Assembly (NCBI GenBank): GCA_050287085.1
Contig: JBNKBE010000005.1
Location: forward strand, 192,001-256,000
Direction of reading: 5' to 3'
Source: Polyangiaceae bacterium
GTDB lineage: Bacteria > Myxococcota_A > Polyangia > Polyangiales > Polyangiaceae
DNA: 64,000 bases
The position numbers and the translations under genes are program-made. Position 1 is the first letter of the stretch, and every line of letters begins with the position of its first letter. Positions 1 to 10,031 of the stretch are shown here, piece after piece. The notes under the pieces are model-generated. The model searched no databases. It had not been told where the DNA came from and was given only the letters and a program-made list of their open reading frames with translations.

Positions 1-1
1 C

Positions 2-628
2 GCCGTCAAGCGCTACGATCCGGAGCGCGGCGTCAAGCTGTCCAGCTATTCAGCTTGGTGGATCCGCGCTTACATACTGCGCTTCATCCTCAACAACTGG
101 CGTCTAGTGAAGCTGGGCACGACACAAGCCCAACGCAAACTATTCTTCAATCTGAACAAGGAGCGAGCGCGCCTGTCGGCCATGGGGATCGAACCCACAC
201 ACGAAGAAATCGCCAAGCGGCTCGACGTGAGCAAGAAGGATGTTCGTGAAATGGACCTTCGTCTTGCAAGCGGAGACGCTTCGCTCGATGTGCCAGTGGG
301 AGATGGCGACGGCCGTCAAACCACCCGGCTCGATCTCTTGTCGACCAGTATGGACGGCCCCGATCAGCTGGTTGAAGACCAAGAGTTGATGGGCATGTTG
401 CACGAACAGCTCCGCGTTTTCCGAGAAACGCTGCGAGAAAAAGATCGAGAGATCTTCGACATGCGCATGGTCGCCGAAGATCCCCTCACGCTGCAAGAAC
501 TGGGCGATCGATTTGGCGTGTCACGTGAACGCGTACGACAACTTGAGGCCCGGATCAGCAAGAAGCTCAAAGCATTCCTGACCGAATGCCTCGGAGAGGC
601 AGTGGTCGAGAGCCATGCTAGTCAGTGA
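2..628 (+). CDS. rpoH: RNA polymerase sigma factor, sigma-32/RpoH family (5'-truncated by window edge)
   Basis: Frame open from base 2: AVKRYDPERGVKLSSYSAWWIRAYI (region 2), RpoH box QRKLFFNL, region 4 TLQELGDRFGVSRERVRQLE; may be one of several myxobacterial RpoH paralogues. Confidence 0.85.
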   Translation, partial: AVKRYDPERGVKLSSYSAWWIRAYILRFILNNWRLVKLGTTQAQRKLFFNLNKERARLSAMGIEPTHEEIAKRLDVSKKDVREMDLRLASGDASLDVPVGDGDGRQTTRLDLLSTSMDGPDQLVEDQELMGMLHEQLRVFRETLREKDREIFDMRMVAEDPLTLQELGDRFGVSRERVRQLEARISKKLKAFLTECLGEAVVESHASQ

Positions 629-703
629 ACGCCCAGGCCGGCGCGCCGCAGCCCCGTCTTGGGCCTCCCGGGCACGACGATACCAACCCACTGAGAATCG
701 CCC

Positions 704-1561
704 ATGAGCGGTGTTTTGTATCTCGTACCGAGTCCCATTGGGAACCTTGGTGACATAACCCAGCGTGCGATCGACGTGCTGCGGGGCGTGGACCGCGTCG
801 TGGCCGAGGACACGCGACGAAGCCGCCAGCTTCTCTCGCATCTTGGCATCACGAGCAAACCGCTTGCCTGTATCAACGCCCACAGCTCGGAGAAAGCCCT
901 CAGCGCGGTGGCTGAGGACCTCGACAATGGGGTCTCGGTGGCGCTGCTCACCGACGCCGGAATGCCAAGCATCAGCGATCCGGGCAGCGCATTGGTACGA
1001 CACGCTCGCTCCGTCGGCGCCACAGTCGTGGCACTCCCCGGACCGAGCGCGGTCACCACGGCCGTGGCTGCTTCAGGACTCGTTCACGGCCCTTTCCTCT
1101 TCCTCGGCTTCCTGCCCCGCAAGGGAGAAAAGCGCCGCCAGCTCTTAGACCGCATCGTCCGGAGCGAGGAGCCGGTCGTCCTCTTCGAGGCGCCCTCCCG
1201 CATGGCCGCCACGCTCGCCGAGCTGGGCAGCCGGCTCCCTGAGCGTCCAGTATGTGTGGCTCGTGAGCTGTCCAAGCGCTTTGAGGAGGTGCGAGTGCTG
1301 TCGGGCCAGGAGTGGACCCAACAAGAAGAAGCATGGCGGGGCGAGCTCACCCTGGTGGTGGGCGGCGCCAGTGCCACTGAAAGCGACACCTCAGTCGACG
1401 ACGCGGAACTCGACGTTCGCATTCTGTCCGCACTCGAACGCGGGCTCCCCATCAAGCAGGCGACGGATGAACTCCGGCCCCTGACATCACTGCCGCGGCG
1501 TGAGCTCTACCGGCGTATCCTCGACCTCAAGCAAGGCCTTGAATCCAGCGCGCGCAAGTGA
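704..1561 (+). CDS. rsmI: 16S rRNA (cytidine1402-2'-O)-methyltransferase
   Basis: LYLVPSPIGNLGDITQRA, AEDTR, DAGMPSISDPG, ARELSKRFEE motifs. Confidence 0.95.
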   Translation: MSGVLYLVPSPIGNLGDITQRAIDVLRGVDRVVAEDTRRSRQLLSHLGITSKPLACINAHSSEKALSAVAEDLDNGVSVALLTDAGMPSISDPGSALVRHARSVGATVVALPGPSAVTTAVAASGLVHGPFLFLGFLPRKGEKRRQLLDRIVRSEEPVVLFEAPSRMAATLAELGSRLPERPVCVARELSKRFEEVRVLSGQEWTQQEEAWRGELTLVVGGASATESDTSVDDAELDVRILSALERGLPIKQATDELRPLTSLPRRELYRRILDLKQGLESSARK

Positions 1562-1685
1562 GCGGCAAGCTTTTTTGGCTCGGCGACCAATGTCCTGATG
1601 GCCTGGAACCGGGCCTGCTCAGCAGCCGCTGACCAGCGAAAAGCAGCGCTTCGGTCGGCCTGCGCGCTGTGCTAAGAACCGCGCC

Positions 1686-3311
1686 GTGTTCGATGCTCTG
1701 AAAAAGGGGTTCCAAGAAGCCCAGAACCGACTCGCCGGCCTCACTTCGCTCACCGAGGAGAACATCAAGCCTGCACTGCGCGAGGTGCGCCTCTCGCTGC
1801 TGGAAGCTGACGTCGAACTGGGCGTGGTCAAACGCTTTCTGGCCGAGGTCGAAGCCGACGCCGTGGGCCAAAAAGTGCAAACCCGGATCAAGCACGACGG
1901 CGCCACGCATCGCGTGTCAGCGGGTGATCAGTTCACGAAGATCTGCCACGACCGCCTGATCGAAATGATGTCCGGCGACGGGCCAGGGCTCGTCTTCGCA
2001 TCGGGCCCCCAGCGCACACGCATCATGATGTTGGGCCTCCAGGGCGCCGGCAAGACGACTACTTGTGCCAAGCTAGCGCGCAAGCTGAAGAACGAGGGGA
2101 AGAAGCCCTTGCTCGTGGCCTGCGACATGCAGCGCCCCGCGGCAGTCGAGCAGCTGCGGGTGTTGGGTGAGCAGATTGGAGTCCCCGTCTTCAACGTCGA
2201 AGGCGAAACGCCGCTGAACATCGCCATCGCGGCCGACGCCCACGCCAAGGCGCAGGGTTCAGACGTCGTGATCTACGATACCGCGGGGCGGCTCGCTATC
2301 GACGAGCCGCTCATGCAAGAGCTGGAAGCCATCAAGAGCGCCATTTCTCCGCAAAACGTATTCCTGGTCATTGACGCGATGATCGGCCAGGACGCTGTAA
2401 GAACGGCCCGCGCCTTCAACGACCGCCTTGCGATCACGGGAGCGATCCTCACCAAACTCGATGGCGACGCCCGCGGTGGTGCGGCACTCAGCGTCAAGCG
2501 GGTGACCGGCGCCCCAATCGTTTTCATCGGTATGGGCGAGACGACGGACAAGCTCGAGGAGTTTCGCCCAGAAGGCATGGCGGGGCGTGTGCTCGGCCTG
2601 GGTGACGTCGTCGGCTTAATGCAAGACTTCGAAGACGTCGTCGACAAGAAGCAAGCCGAAGCCGACGCGGAGCGGATGCTGTCGGGGCGTTTTACACTCA
2701 ACGACTTCCTCAATCAGATCCGCACCATTCAGCGCATGGGCTCCCTCAAAGATCTGGTCGAAAAGATGCCCGGAATGAGCGGCATGATCCCCCCCGGAGC
2801 CAATCTCGACGATCGAGAGCTCGTCAAGATTGAAGCCATGATTCAGTCCATGACGCGAGAAGAACGCGACGACCCCCAGGCGTTGATTCGCCAACCCCGG
2901 CGCGCAGAGCGCATCGCCAGAGGCTCGGGCACTCCACTCGAAGCCGTCAACGAGTTGGTGCAGAAGTTCCAAATGATGCAGCAAATGATGGGCGGTCTCG
3001 GTGGCGGAGGGGGTGGTCTTCTCGGGCGGATACCGGGCATGGGTGGTCTCAACATGGCGCGCGCAGCGCGGCGTGCCATGAAAGGTGGCAAGCTACCTCC
3101 CGGCTTCGATCCAGCAGCGCTTCAGGGCATGGGGCTGCCAGGCATGGGATTGCCCGGCATGGGACTGCCAGGCATGGGGCTGCCGGGGCTTCCGGGCAGC
3201 GGCGGGGGCGCTCCTGCACCCAAGATGCGAACGCTCTCGCGGAGCGAAAAAAATGTGCGCAAGAACCAACGTAAAGCGGAGCGTACCGCTCGCAAGAAGG
3301 GCCGGAAGTAG
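1686..3311 (+). CDS. ffh: Signal recognition particle protein Ffh
   Basis: GLQGAGKTT, DTAGR, TKLDGDARGGAALS and Met-rich M domain. Confidence 0.97.
   Translation: MFDALKKGFQEAQNRLAGLTSLTEENIKPALREVRLSLLEADVELGVVKRFLAEVEADAVGQKVQTRIKHDGATHRVSAGDQFTKICHDRLIEMMSGDGPGLVFASGPQRTRIMMLGLQGAGKTTTCAKLARKLKNEGKKPLLVACDMQRPAAVEQLRVLGEQIGVPVFNVEGETPLNIAIAADAHAKAQGSDVVIYDTAGRLAIDEPLMQELEAIKSAISPQNVFLVIDAMIGQDAVRTARAFNDRLAITGAILTKLDGDARGGAALSVKRVTGAPIVFIGMGETTDKLEEFRPEGMAGRVLGLGDVVGLMQDFEDVVDKKQAEADAERMLSGRFTLNDFLNQIRTIQRMGSLKDLVEKMPGMSGMIPPGANLDDRELVKIEAMIQSMTREERDDPQALIRQPRRAERIARGSGTPLEAVNELVQKFQMMQQMMGGLGGGGGGLLGRIPGMGGLNMARAARRAMKGGKLPPGFDPAALQGMGLPGMGLPGMGLPGMGLPGLPGSGGGAPAPKMRTLSRSEKNVRKNQRKAERTARKKGRK
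3126..3185 (+). repeat. 4 x 15-nt coding tandem repeat (GMGLP) in the Ffh C-terminal tail
   Basis: ggcatgggRYtgccN four times in tandem. Confidence 0.9.
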
Positions 3312-3456
3312 AGGTCTGACCGCGCTTCGAACGCGAGACCATCACAAGGCAAGCGCGAAGCCGCCCCCCTTGGAACGGTGACCATGCCGTCGAAAGGCGC
3401 CCTACGACGGAACCGTTAGCCTCTCTATACGCAGCAGGGACCTGGAGGAAAACAGC

Positions 3457-4992
3457 ATGAACGATACAACTGAGTCGGTACAAGCGAAGTCACACGACGG
3501 CATTTCGTCCGGTCCGACAACAACGCCGCGCCGGCCGCGTTTCCCCTCGGGCACCGTGGCACTGCTTTGCGCCGGACTCATTCTGCCCGCCTGCGTCACC
3601 GGCAAGAAGGGTCCCTCGAAGGAAAGTGCGGCAGCCCGTGCGGCTGCTTTCACCGTCGATGCCCCGCCGCCCAGCATGCGCAAGCTCGGTGCCGAGTTTG
3701 AGGACAAGGCCGTCCTTCTGGGCGTCAGCATGGCCAAGACCGCGAACCTCAAACCGGGCGCCGAAGTCCAATACACGTTGTATTGGAAAGCCAAGAAGCC
3801 GATCGAAGATGGCTGGAAGCTATTCACTCATGTCCTGGACAACCGCGGAAAGAAGCTACTCAATATTGACGCTGTAGGACCGATCCGGGAATACGATCAC
3901 GGTCGTCAGCCGGCGGCTCCTAGCACATGGCAACCCGGCAATATCTACAAGGACGAGCAGAGCTTCACCATCCCGAAGGACTACAAGGGGGGCAAGCTCA
4001 AGATCATCACGGGGATCTGGAAGAAGGACCAGCGCCTCGCCGTCATGGGCAAGACGAAGACCAACCGTGCGGTCGTAGCTACCCTGCGACTGGGGGAAGG
4101 AGGGCGGCACTCCACACGCGTTCCGGAGCTAAGCGTCCACCGCCTGGCCCCCGGTGAGAAGCTCAAGATCGACGGGAACCTGGACGAAGGCGCGTGGGCT
4201 ACCGCGGCAAGAACCGGTCCATTTGTCAATGTATCCACCGGAAAGCCCGACCGCGGCAGCGGGGTGCAGGGCAATGCCCGCGTGCTGTGGGATAATGAGG
4301 CACTTTACGTCGGAGCGTTCATCGAAGACCGCGACGTTCAGGGGTCCTTCGCAGCTGACTCCGAAGACCCGCATCTGTGGACGAAGGATACCTTCGAACT
4401 CATGATCGACCCGGACGGCGATGGCGACAACAAGGACTACTACGAAATCCAGGTGGGTCCTCAGAACCTCGTCTTTGACTCCCAATTCGACGACTATAAC
4501 CAGCCGAAGGTAGCACCCAACGGCCCATTCGGACATCAGGAGTGGAAGAGCCGCCTGCAAAGTGCCGTGGTCATTGAAGGGACATTGAACGCGAGTAGTG
4601 ATCGCGACAAAGGCTACACTGTTGAGCTGAAGCTTCCCTGGGTGGCCCTCACCAAAGCCAAGAAGAGCCCCCCCGAAGCGGGCGCGACCTGGCGCATCAA
4701 CTTCTACGCCATGCAGGATAACGGCGGGGTTGCGTGGTCGCCTATCCTGCGACAAGGCAACTTCCACAAGGCGTCTCGCTTTGGCCGAGTACGCTTTGTT
4801 GACGTGCCATCCGCCCCGGTCAGCAAACACTTGTCCGTAGGAGAGGCCAAAGAGCTGGTGGTCAAAGACGTCCGAGCGCTTGCGCCGAAGCCCGCTGCCC
4901 TGGGCCTCCGCACGAAGGCGCCCCCTGCCACGTCCAAGCCCAAAGCCAGCACCTCCCCGGCGCAGCCGGCAAAGTCTGCGACGGCTCCGTAG
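3457..4992 (+). CDS. Lipoprotein with Ig-like N-domain and carbohydrate-binding family 9-like (DOMON-like) domain
   Basis: Lipobox-like LILPAC; KIDGNLDEGAW, LWDNEALYVG, DTFELMIDPDGD, YTVELKLPW, WRINFY; Pro/Ala tail. Confidence 0.75.
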   Translation: MNDTTESVQAKSHDGISSGPTTTPRRPRFPSGTVALLCAGLILPACVTGKKGPSKESAAARAAAFTVDAPPPSMRKLGAEFEDKAVLLGVSMAKTANLKPGAEVQYTLYWKAKKPIEDGWKLFTHVLDNRGKKLLNIDAVGPIREYDHGRQPAAPSTWQPGNIYKDEQSFTIPKDYKGGKLKIITGIWKKDQRLAVMGKTKTNRAVVATLRLGEGGRHSTRVPELSVHRLAPGEKLKIDGNLDEGAWATAARTGPFVNVSTGKPDRGSGVQGNARVLWDNEALYVGAFIEDRDVQGSFAADSEDPHLWTKDTFELMIDPDGDGDNKDYYEIQVGPQNLVFDSQFDDYNQPKVAPNGPFGHQEWKSRLQSAVVIEGTLNASSDRDKGYTVELKLPWVALTKAKKSPPEAGATWRINFYAMQDNGGVAWSPILRQGNFHKASRFGRVRFVDVPSAPVSKHLSVGEAKELVVKDVRALAPKPAALGLRTKAPPATSKPKASTSPAQPAKSATAP

Positions 4993-5157
4993 AGCTCCAA
5001 TCAATGGCTCCATCCCCCAAGGAAACTGAGGGAACGGGGTGCCTACCACGGGGAGCTCGACTCGAGCCCCAAGATGGCTTCACGTCAGGCCGCTTCGACG
5101 TGAAGTCCATAGGCCCCGCTGAGTCCTGCAACGGGTCCGCACGGCAACCCTTTTTTT
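4992..5157 (+). ncRNA. Putative structured intergenic RNA / regulatory leader ending in a T7 tract, family unknown
   Basis: Several stems (GAAA-capped hairpin 5006-5043; CTTCACGTC/GACGTGAAG 5078-5105; GGCCCCG/CGGGTCC 5112-5138; GGGGTGCC/GGCAACCC 5036-5150) followed by TTTTTTT 5151-5157. Confidence 0.4.
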
Positions 5158-5170
5158 CAAGCGGCAAACC

Positions 5171-6535
5171 ATGAACGTAGCAACCCCACTCGCAGTTGAA
5201 ATTCGGCGGGTGGCACGTCTAGCGGCTCCGGCCGTGCTCTCCCAGCTGGGAATGATGATGACCGGCGTCGTCGATGTTCTCATGTTGGGCCGTTTGGGGA
5301 CAGAGCCGCTTGCCGCCACAGCCCTCGGCAACATGTGGCAATGGGCCTTCATGTCGGCGGCGCTGGGCGTGATAATGGGCATGGACCCCTTGATTAGCCA
5401 GGGTCACGGCCGCGGGGATACAGCGCTGCTCGGGGTCACGCTGCAGCGCGGTGTCGTTCTAGCCTTGCTGCTGAGCGTTCCTGTTACTGCGGCGATGCTC
5501 TTTGCCGAGCCGGGGCTGCGCTGGCTGGGACAACCAGAGGCGGTGGCTCGACTGGCAGGAGAATACAATCTCTGGCGTATTCCCGGGGTCCCGTTCTTCC
5601 TGCTGTACGCGGCCCTGCGCAACTATCTCCAAGGCCGAGGGCTGATGACCCCGGCTGCGTGGGTGATGTGGATTGGAAACGGATGCAACGTCGTTCTGAA
5701 CTGGGCGTTGATCTTTGGCCATTTGGGCCTGTCCCCTGGCGGTCTGATCGGCGGAGCGCAAGCCAGCAGTATCACTCTCGTTCTCCTGGCTTTCTTGCTG
5801 CTGACTTGGACTGCCGGCTTCCGCCTGCATCAGGGTGCCTGGCAGCCCTGGTCTCGCGCCGCTTGGGACTTGCGCGGGCTTCTCCGGATCCTTCGCTTGG
5901 GAGCCCCGGTGGGGGTACAGATTTCCCTCGAAACCTTCGCATTCTTCGTCGCTACGCTCATGGCGGGCTGGCTTGGGGAGGTACAAGTCGCTAGCCATCA
6001 GATCGTGCTCAACATGGCAGCCCTAGCGTTCATGGTGCCCCTCGGCATTTCGCAGGCCACAGCAGCGCGCGTCGGAAACCTCATTGGTGCCGGAGAAGGT
6101 GAGCGCATGCGGCAAGCCATTCGCAGCGCGCTGCTGCTCGGCGTGGGCTTCATGGCTATATCGGCTCTTACCTTCGCGCTCGGCCGCCACCATCTACCGA
6201 AACTGTACACCTCGGAAGCCCAGCTCATCGTCTTGTCGGCAGGGTTGCTCCCCTTTGCCGCACTATTCCAACTCTCGGACGGCGCACAGGCGGTACTCGG
6301 GGGCGTCCTGCGCGGCATGGGACGTCCCGAAGCGGGGGCAATAGTGAATCTCGTCGGCTACTTTGGGCTAGCCCTCCCGTTATCCTACCTACTCGCATTT
6401 CACTTTCAGCTGGGTTTACGAGGAATCTGGATCGGTCTCTGTGTAGGCCTCGCCGTGGTGGCGTCTCTGCTCGGGCTTTGGGTCCGCAAGTTGGCGCGTC
6501 AGCCCTTGACCAGCCTCCAAGTGTCGAACGGATGA
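5171..6535 (+). CDS. MATE family efflux transporter (NorM/DinF-like)
   Basis: ~12 hydrophobic segments; VDVLMLGRLG, NVVLNWALIFG, RVGNLIGAG, GVLRGMG motifs. Confidence 0.92.
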   Translation: MNVATPLAVEIRRVARLAAPAVLSQLGMMMTGVVDVLMLGRLGTEPLAATALGNMWQWAFMSAALGVIMGMDPLISQGHGRGDTALLGVTLQRGVVLALLLSVPVTAAMLFAEPGLRWLGQPEAVARLAGEYNLWRIPGVPFFLLYAALRNYLQGRGLMTPAAWVMWIGNGCNVVLNWALIFGHLGLSPGGLIGGAQASSITLVLLAFLLLTWTAGFRLHQGAWQPWSRAAWDLRGLLRILRLGAPVGVQISLETFAFFVATLMAGWLGEVQVASHQIVLNMAALAFMVPLGISQATAARVGNLIGAGEGERMRQAIRSALLLGVGFMAISALTFALGRHHLPKLYTSEAQLIVLSAGLLPFAALFQLSDGAQAVLGGVLRGMGRPEAGAIVNLVGYFGLALPLSYLLAFHFQLGLRGIWIGLCVGLAVVASLLGLWVRKLARQPLTSLQVSNG

Positions 6536-6579
6536 GAGTACGGGCTTCAAACCGCGACGCTACGTGGTAGAAGCGCGTT

Positions 6580-7824
6580 ATGAATCGGACGCTTCACTCA
6601 GCCCTCGCCCGCGGAGTACGGCGCGGAGGTCTGCGCGTAACCTATGCCGATGGGAGCAGCAAACACTACGGCGCTCGAAGCGCTCCGCTCGAATTGCGCT
6701 TGGCGGACGAAGAGGCCGAACGCGCCCTCGCTCTGGACCCCGCGCTGAAGCTGGGTGAATTGTACATGGACGGACGTCTGCTCATCGAGCGTGGTGACGT
6801 CTACGATTTGCTTGCGGTACTCAAGCGCAATGCGCGCTCCATCAGCACTCCGCTCGCAGCGTTGCGCTACGCGTTTCGATACGCGACAGCATTTGCGGCC
6901 GAACGTCAGACACTTGTCGCCGCGCGTCGCAACATGGCCCATCACTACGACCTGAACGAGCGCTTCTACCGTCTGTTTCTGGACGAGGACATGCAATACA
7001 CATGCGCCTACTTCGAGCGCGACACGCAGAGCCTCGCCGACGCGCAACTATCCAAGAAGCGCCACATTGCGGCCAAGTTGCTCCTCGAGCCGGGTCAGAA
7101 GGTGCTCGATATCGGCTGCGGTTGGGGGGGCTTGGGTCTGTACCTGGCGGATGTTGTAGGCGCGAACGTCACAGGTGTCACCCTGAGTCGCCTGCAACAT
7201 GAGGTCGGCATGAGACGCGTCCGCGAGCGGGGCCTCGAGCACCAAGCGCGTTTCTTGCTGCAAGACTATCGACAGACCGCAGGTCCCTTCGACCGATTGG
7301 TAAGCGTTGGCATGTTCGAAGCCATCGGCCTGAAGGAGTTTCGGAACTACTTCACGCACTGTGCAAGGCTGATGACTCAGCGCGGCGTGTTCTTGCTCCA
7401 TAGCATCGGTCGTACGCGGGCTCGCCCGGTGCCGAGTCCATGGCTAGAGAAGTACATCTTTCCAGGTAGCTACATTCCGGCTCTTTCCGAGGTCCTGCCG
7501 GAGATTGAACGCGCGGGCTTCATGGTTGCGGACACTGAAATCCTACGCACACACTACGCGGAGACCCTACGACACTGGAGAACGCGCTTTGTCGCTCGCC
7601 GGGCGGAGGTGGAAGCCATCTACGATAAACGCTTCTTCAGAATGTGGGAATTCTACCTCGCCGCTTCAGAGGCTGGATTTCGCATCGATCGCCTCTTCGT
7701 TTTCCAGCTTCAGCTCATTCGCAATATGAGTGTCGTTCCAATCCGACGCGACTATGTGGCGATTCAGGAGGCCGCGTTCCGAAGTGTCGAAAGCCAGCGG
7801 GCAGCCTACCGCGACGTTGCCTAG
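6580..7824 (+). CDS. cfa: Cyclopropane-fatty-acyl-phospholipid synthase family SAM methyltransferase
   Basis: HHYDLNERFY, MQYTCAYF, VLDIGCGWGG, SVGMFE, KYIFPG, HYAETLRHW. Confidence 0.9.
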   Translation: MNRTLHSALARGVRRGGLRVTYADGSSKHYGARSAPLELRLADEEAERALALDPALKLGELYMDGRLLIERGDVYDLLAVLKRNARSISTPLAALRYAFRYATAFAAERQTLVAARRNMAHHYDLNERFYRLFLDEDMQYTCAYFERDTQSLADAQLSKKRHIAAKLLLEPGQKVLDIGCGWGGLGLYLADVVGANVTGVTLSRLQHEVGMRRVRERGLEHQARFLLQDYRQTAGPFDRLVSVGMFEAIGLKEFRNYFTHCARLMTQRGVFLLHSIGRTRARPVPSPWLEKYIFPGSYIPALSEVLPEIERAGFMVADTEILRTHYAETLRHWRTRFVARRAEVEAIYDKRFFRMWEFYLAASEAGFRIDRLFVFQLQLIRNMSVVPIRRDYVAIQEAAFRSVESQRAAYRDVA

Positions 7825-8162
7825 CCGGCGCGCACACTGCACCCACTGGCCTGCGCAGCGCGCGCAAGCGTTCCGCATAGTGCGCGCGCCGGGCGCGGCT
7901 CGAAAGTGCAAGCTCTCAAATCCGAGGTACTGAACGACGGTCCCAGCACCGTTCACTTTCGACTCCTCGATCCGACTACTGCAGTACGGTTTTGTACAAT
8001 TCGACCTCCGAAGCCGGAGGGCGATTCCTGTCCCAATAGAAGCTTTCCTGCCACGCCCGTTTGAATCGGGACTTCATCATGGTTTGGGTGAAGTCAGAGC
8101 CAAAGCGGCCCATGGTAGCTGCTGCCGCATCCGAGCGGCACACCTGCCACCGCCTTGAAGCA

Positions 8163-9521
8163 ATGACTACCACACCACTACCCTCATTTCGCCGCACCTC
8201 CTTTCGACTGCATCAGGTCAGTCATTTCGGGTTAACCCCGCTGGCAATGCGCCTGCCCTGGGCGGCACTAGTGGTCGCAACCGCCTGCGGACCGTCTGGC
8301 TCCAGTAGCAGCACAGCGGCAACCGACGATGCCGCCACTGCTGGTACTACAGGAGTGGTGCCGCCCACCGTTGGGGCTCAGGCCGAGAACTCCGACGCAC
8401 AGGACGACGTGATTGTGGACGCCCCTTCCCGCCCAGTCACTCCGCCCCTGGATCCGGCAAGCTGCGGTGGAACCGTGGTTCCAACTCACGTCAATGACGT
8501 CGTGCTCGCCTTCGTCTTCGACGTTTCTGCCAGCATGGGCGCTGACGGTGATACCCGGGTTGGCTACAGCCGTACGCTCAAGTGGGACCCTGTCGTAGAA
8601 GCCACCAAGAACTTCTTCGAGGACCCGGCGTCGGCGGGGTTGAGCGCAACGCTTAGCTTCTTTCCCAACGAATACGCTCCTTTCTACGACCCGCGGGAGT
8701 CGCTCGGACCCCTGCCCGCGGCCGCATGCGACCCGGCCGAGTATGCAGAGCCTGATGTGCCCCTGACTCCCCTGCCCTCGGATGTCTTCTCGACGGGCAT
8801 CGACGCGATCACGCCCGACCCGGACAATCGCAACTGGAGATCGTACACCCCCACGTTGCCCGCGCTGCAGGGAACCTTCGATGCACTGCTGGCCATGAAG
8901 TCCGAGCATCCGGACACCACCTATGCTGTGGTCTTGGTGACCGACGGAGAACCCTTCGGTTGCGCCGACGCGAGTATCGAGGCCGCTGCTGCAGCCATCC
9001 GCGAAGTGTCCGCCAGCGTGCCCACCTATGTCATTGGGGTCAAGACCCCAATCGTGGACGAACAATTCGTCTTCCCGACCGATCCCAACTTCACCCCTCC
9101 CTTCACCGACGACTTCAACGAGGGACTGCAGAACCTGGGTAAGCTAGCAGAGGCCGGCGGCACGGGTCACGACGTCTTCCTGATCGACACCCAGGACCCG
9201 GATCAAACCACTTCGAGCTTTTCCGAAGTGATAAACCAGATCCGAGACGAAAGCTTCTCTTGCGAACTGCCTATCAACTCGGACAACGAGTTCGACCCCA
9301 GAGCGGTCAATGTGGCGTTCGAGGACGCCTCCGGAAAGACGGCGTATTATCTGGACCAAGAGTGTGAAAGCGACTTCGGTTGGCGCTACGACAACCCGGA
9401 CAACCCAACAGCCATCGAGCTGTGTCCGGGCCCCTGCGACAGAATCCGACAGGCGGCGCGAGACGGTGAGTTGAGCGTCGAGCTCGGATGTCCCGCCGTC
9501 GTGTATATGCCTCCCCAATAA
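8163..9521 (+). CDS. von Willebrand factor A domain lipoprotein (start may be 8247)
   Basis: Lipobox-like VVATAC, MIDAS DVSASMG...TPT...VTDG, Cys-rich C-terminal domain. Confidence 0.8.
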   Translation: MTTTPLPSFRRTSFRLHQVSHFGLTPLAMRLPWAALVVATACGPSGSSSSTAATDDAATAGTTGVVPPTVGAQAENSDAQDDVIVDAPSRPVTPPLDPASCGGTVVPTHVNDVVLAFVFDVSASMGADGDTRVGYSRTLKWDPVVEATKNFFEDPASAGLSATLSFFPNEYAPFYDPRESLGPLPAAACDPAEYAEPDVPLTPLPSDVFSTGIDAITPDPDNRNWRSYTPTLPALQGTFDALLAMKSEHPDTTYAVVLVTDGEPFGCADASIEAAAAAIREVSASVPTYVIGVKTPIVDEQFVFPTDPNFTPPFTDDFNEGLQNLGKLAEAGGTGHDVFLIDTQDPDQTTSSFSEVINQIRDESFSCELPINSDNEFDPRAVNVAFEDASGKTAYYLDQECESDFGWRYDNPDNPTAIELCPGPCDRIRQAARDGELSVELGCPAVVYMPPQ

Positions 9522-9590
9522 CGACGCCTCGCCGGCGCTTGCGCCGCAGCTTCACGAGTGGCGCGTCGCCTTCAGAAGCGTTGGCGGACG

Positions 9591-10031
9591 CTATTTCTGG
9601 GTGAGCAGCTGACTCTGGCGCTCACCACAGCGCGTGATGAGCGCGTGGGCCCGTTGCTGCTCAGCCTCCGACTGCGCAAGCAGGAGCAGGAGCGTATCTC
9701 CAGCGGCGGTAGGCTCCTGTTTCAGGGCGCGGCGGACCTGGGCCGTATGCTCGATCGAGCGGACATGCAACGAGTAGCCCTGTACGCAGAGCTCTTGCAG
9801 CTCGCATTCACTCGGATAGCGACATGCCAGTTTGCGCAGGCGCGCCAGAGGAGGCGCTTTTTCGCCATTGGGTGCATCGCGTACTGCATCGATCGCCAGG
9901 GCCAGGCGTGCCAATGCGGCATCCCGTTCGCGTTCAGCTCGCGCGCGACAAGCAGACACCCCCAAGACAAGGCACCCGAGTAGCCACAGACCGGGCCGAG
10001 AGAACGAGGCCCTGGCGCGGCGGCGGGTCAC
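9591..10031 (-). CDS. Hypothetical lipoprotein
   Basis: Signal peptide ending GVSAC; start overlaps stop of upstream gene. Confidence 0.6.
   Translation of the reverse strand: MTRRRARASFSRPGLWLLGCLVLGVSACRARAERERDAALARLALAIDAVRDAPNGEKAPPLARLRKLACRYPSECELQELCVQGYSLHVRSIEHTAQVRRALKQEPTAAGDTLLLLLAQSEAEQQRAHALITRCGERQSQLLTQK

Noticed and set aside
4129..5049. 306-aa minus-strand ORF
   Set aside because: Antisense shadow of the CBM9-like gene; expected in GC-rich DNA
4992..5157. SRP RNA (ffs), 6S RNA or c-di-AMP riboswitch identity for the structured region
   Set aside because: Lacks the SRP helix-8 CAGG..GGAA..AGCA pattern and the full ydaO consensus, and is not a single long rod like 6S; left unassigned
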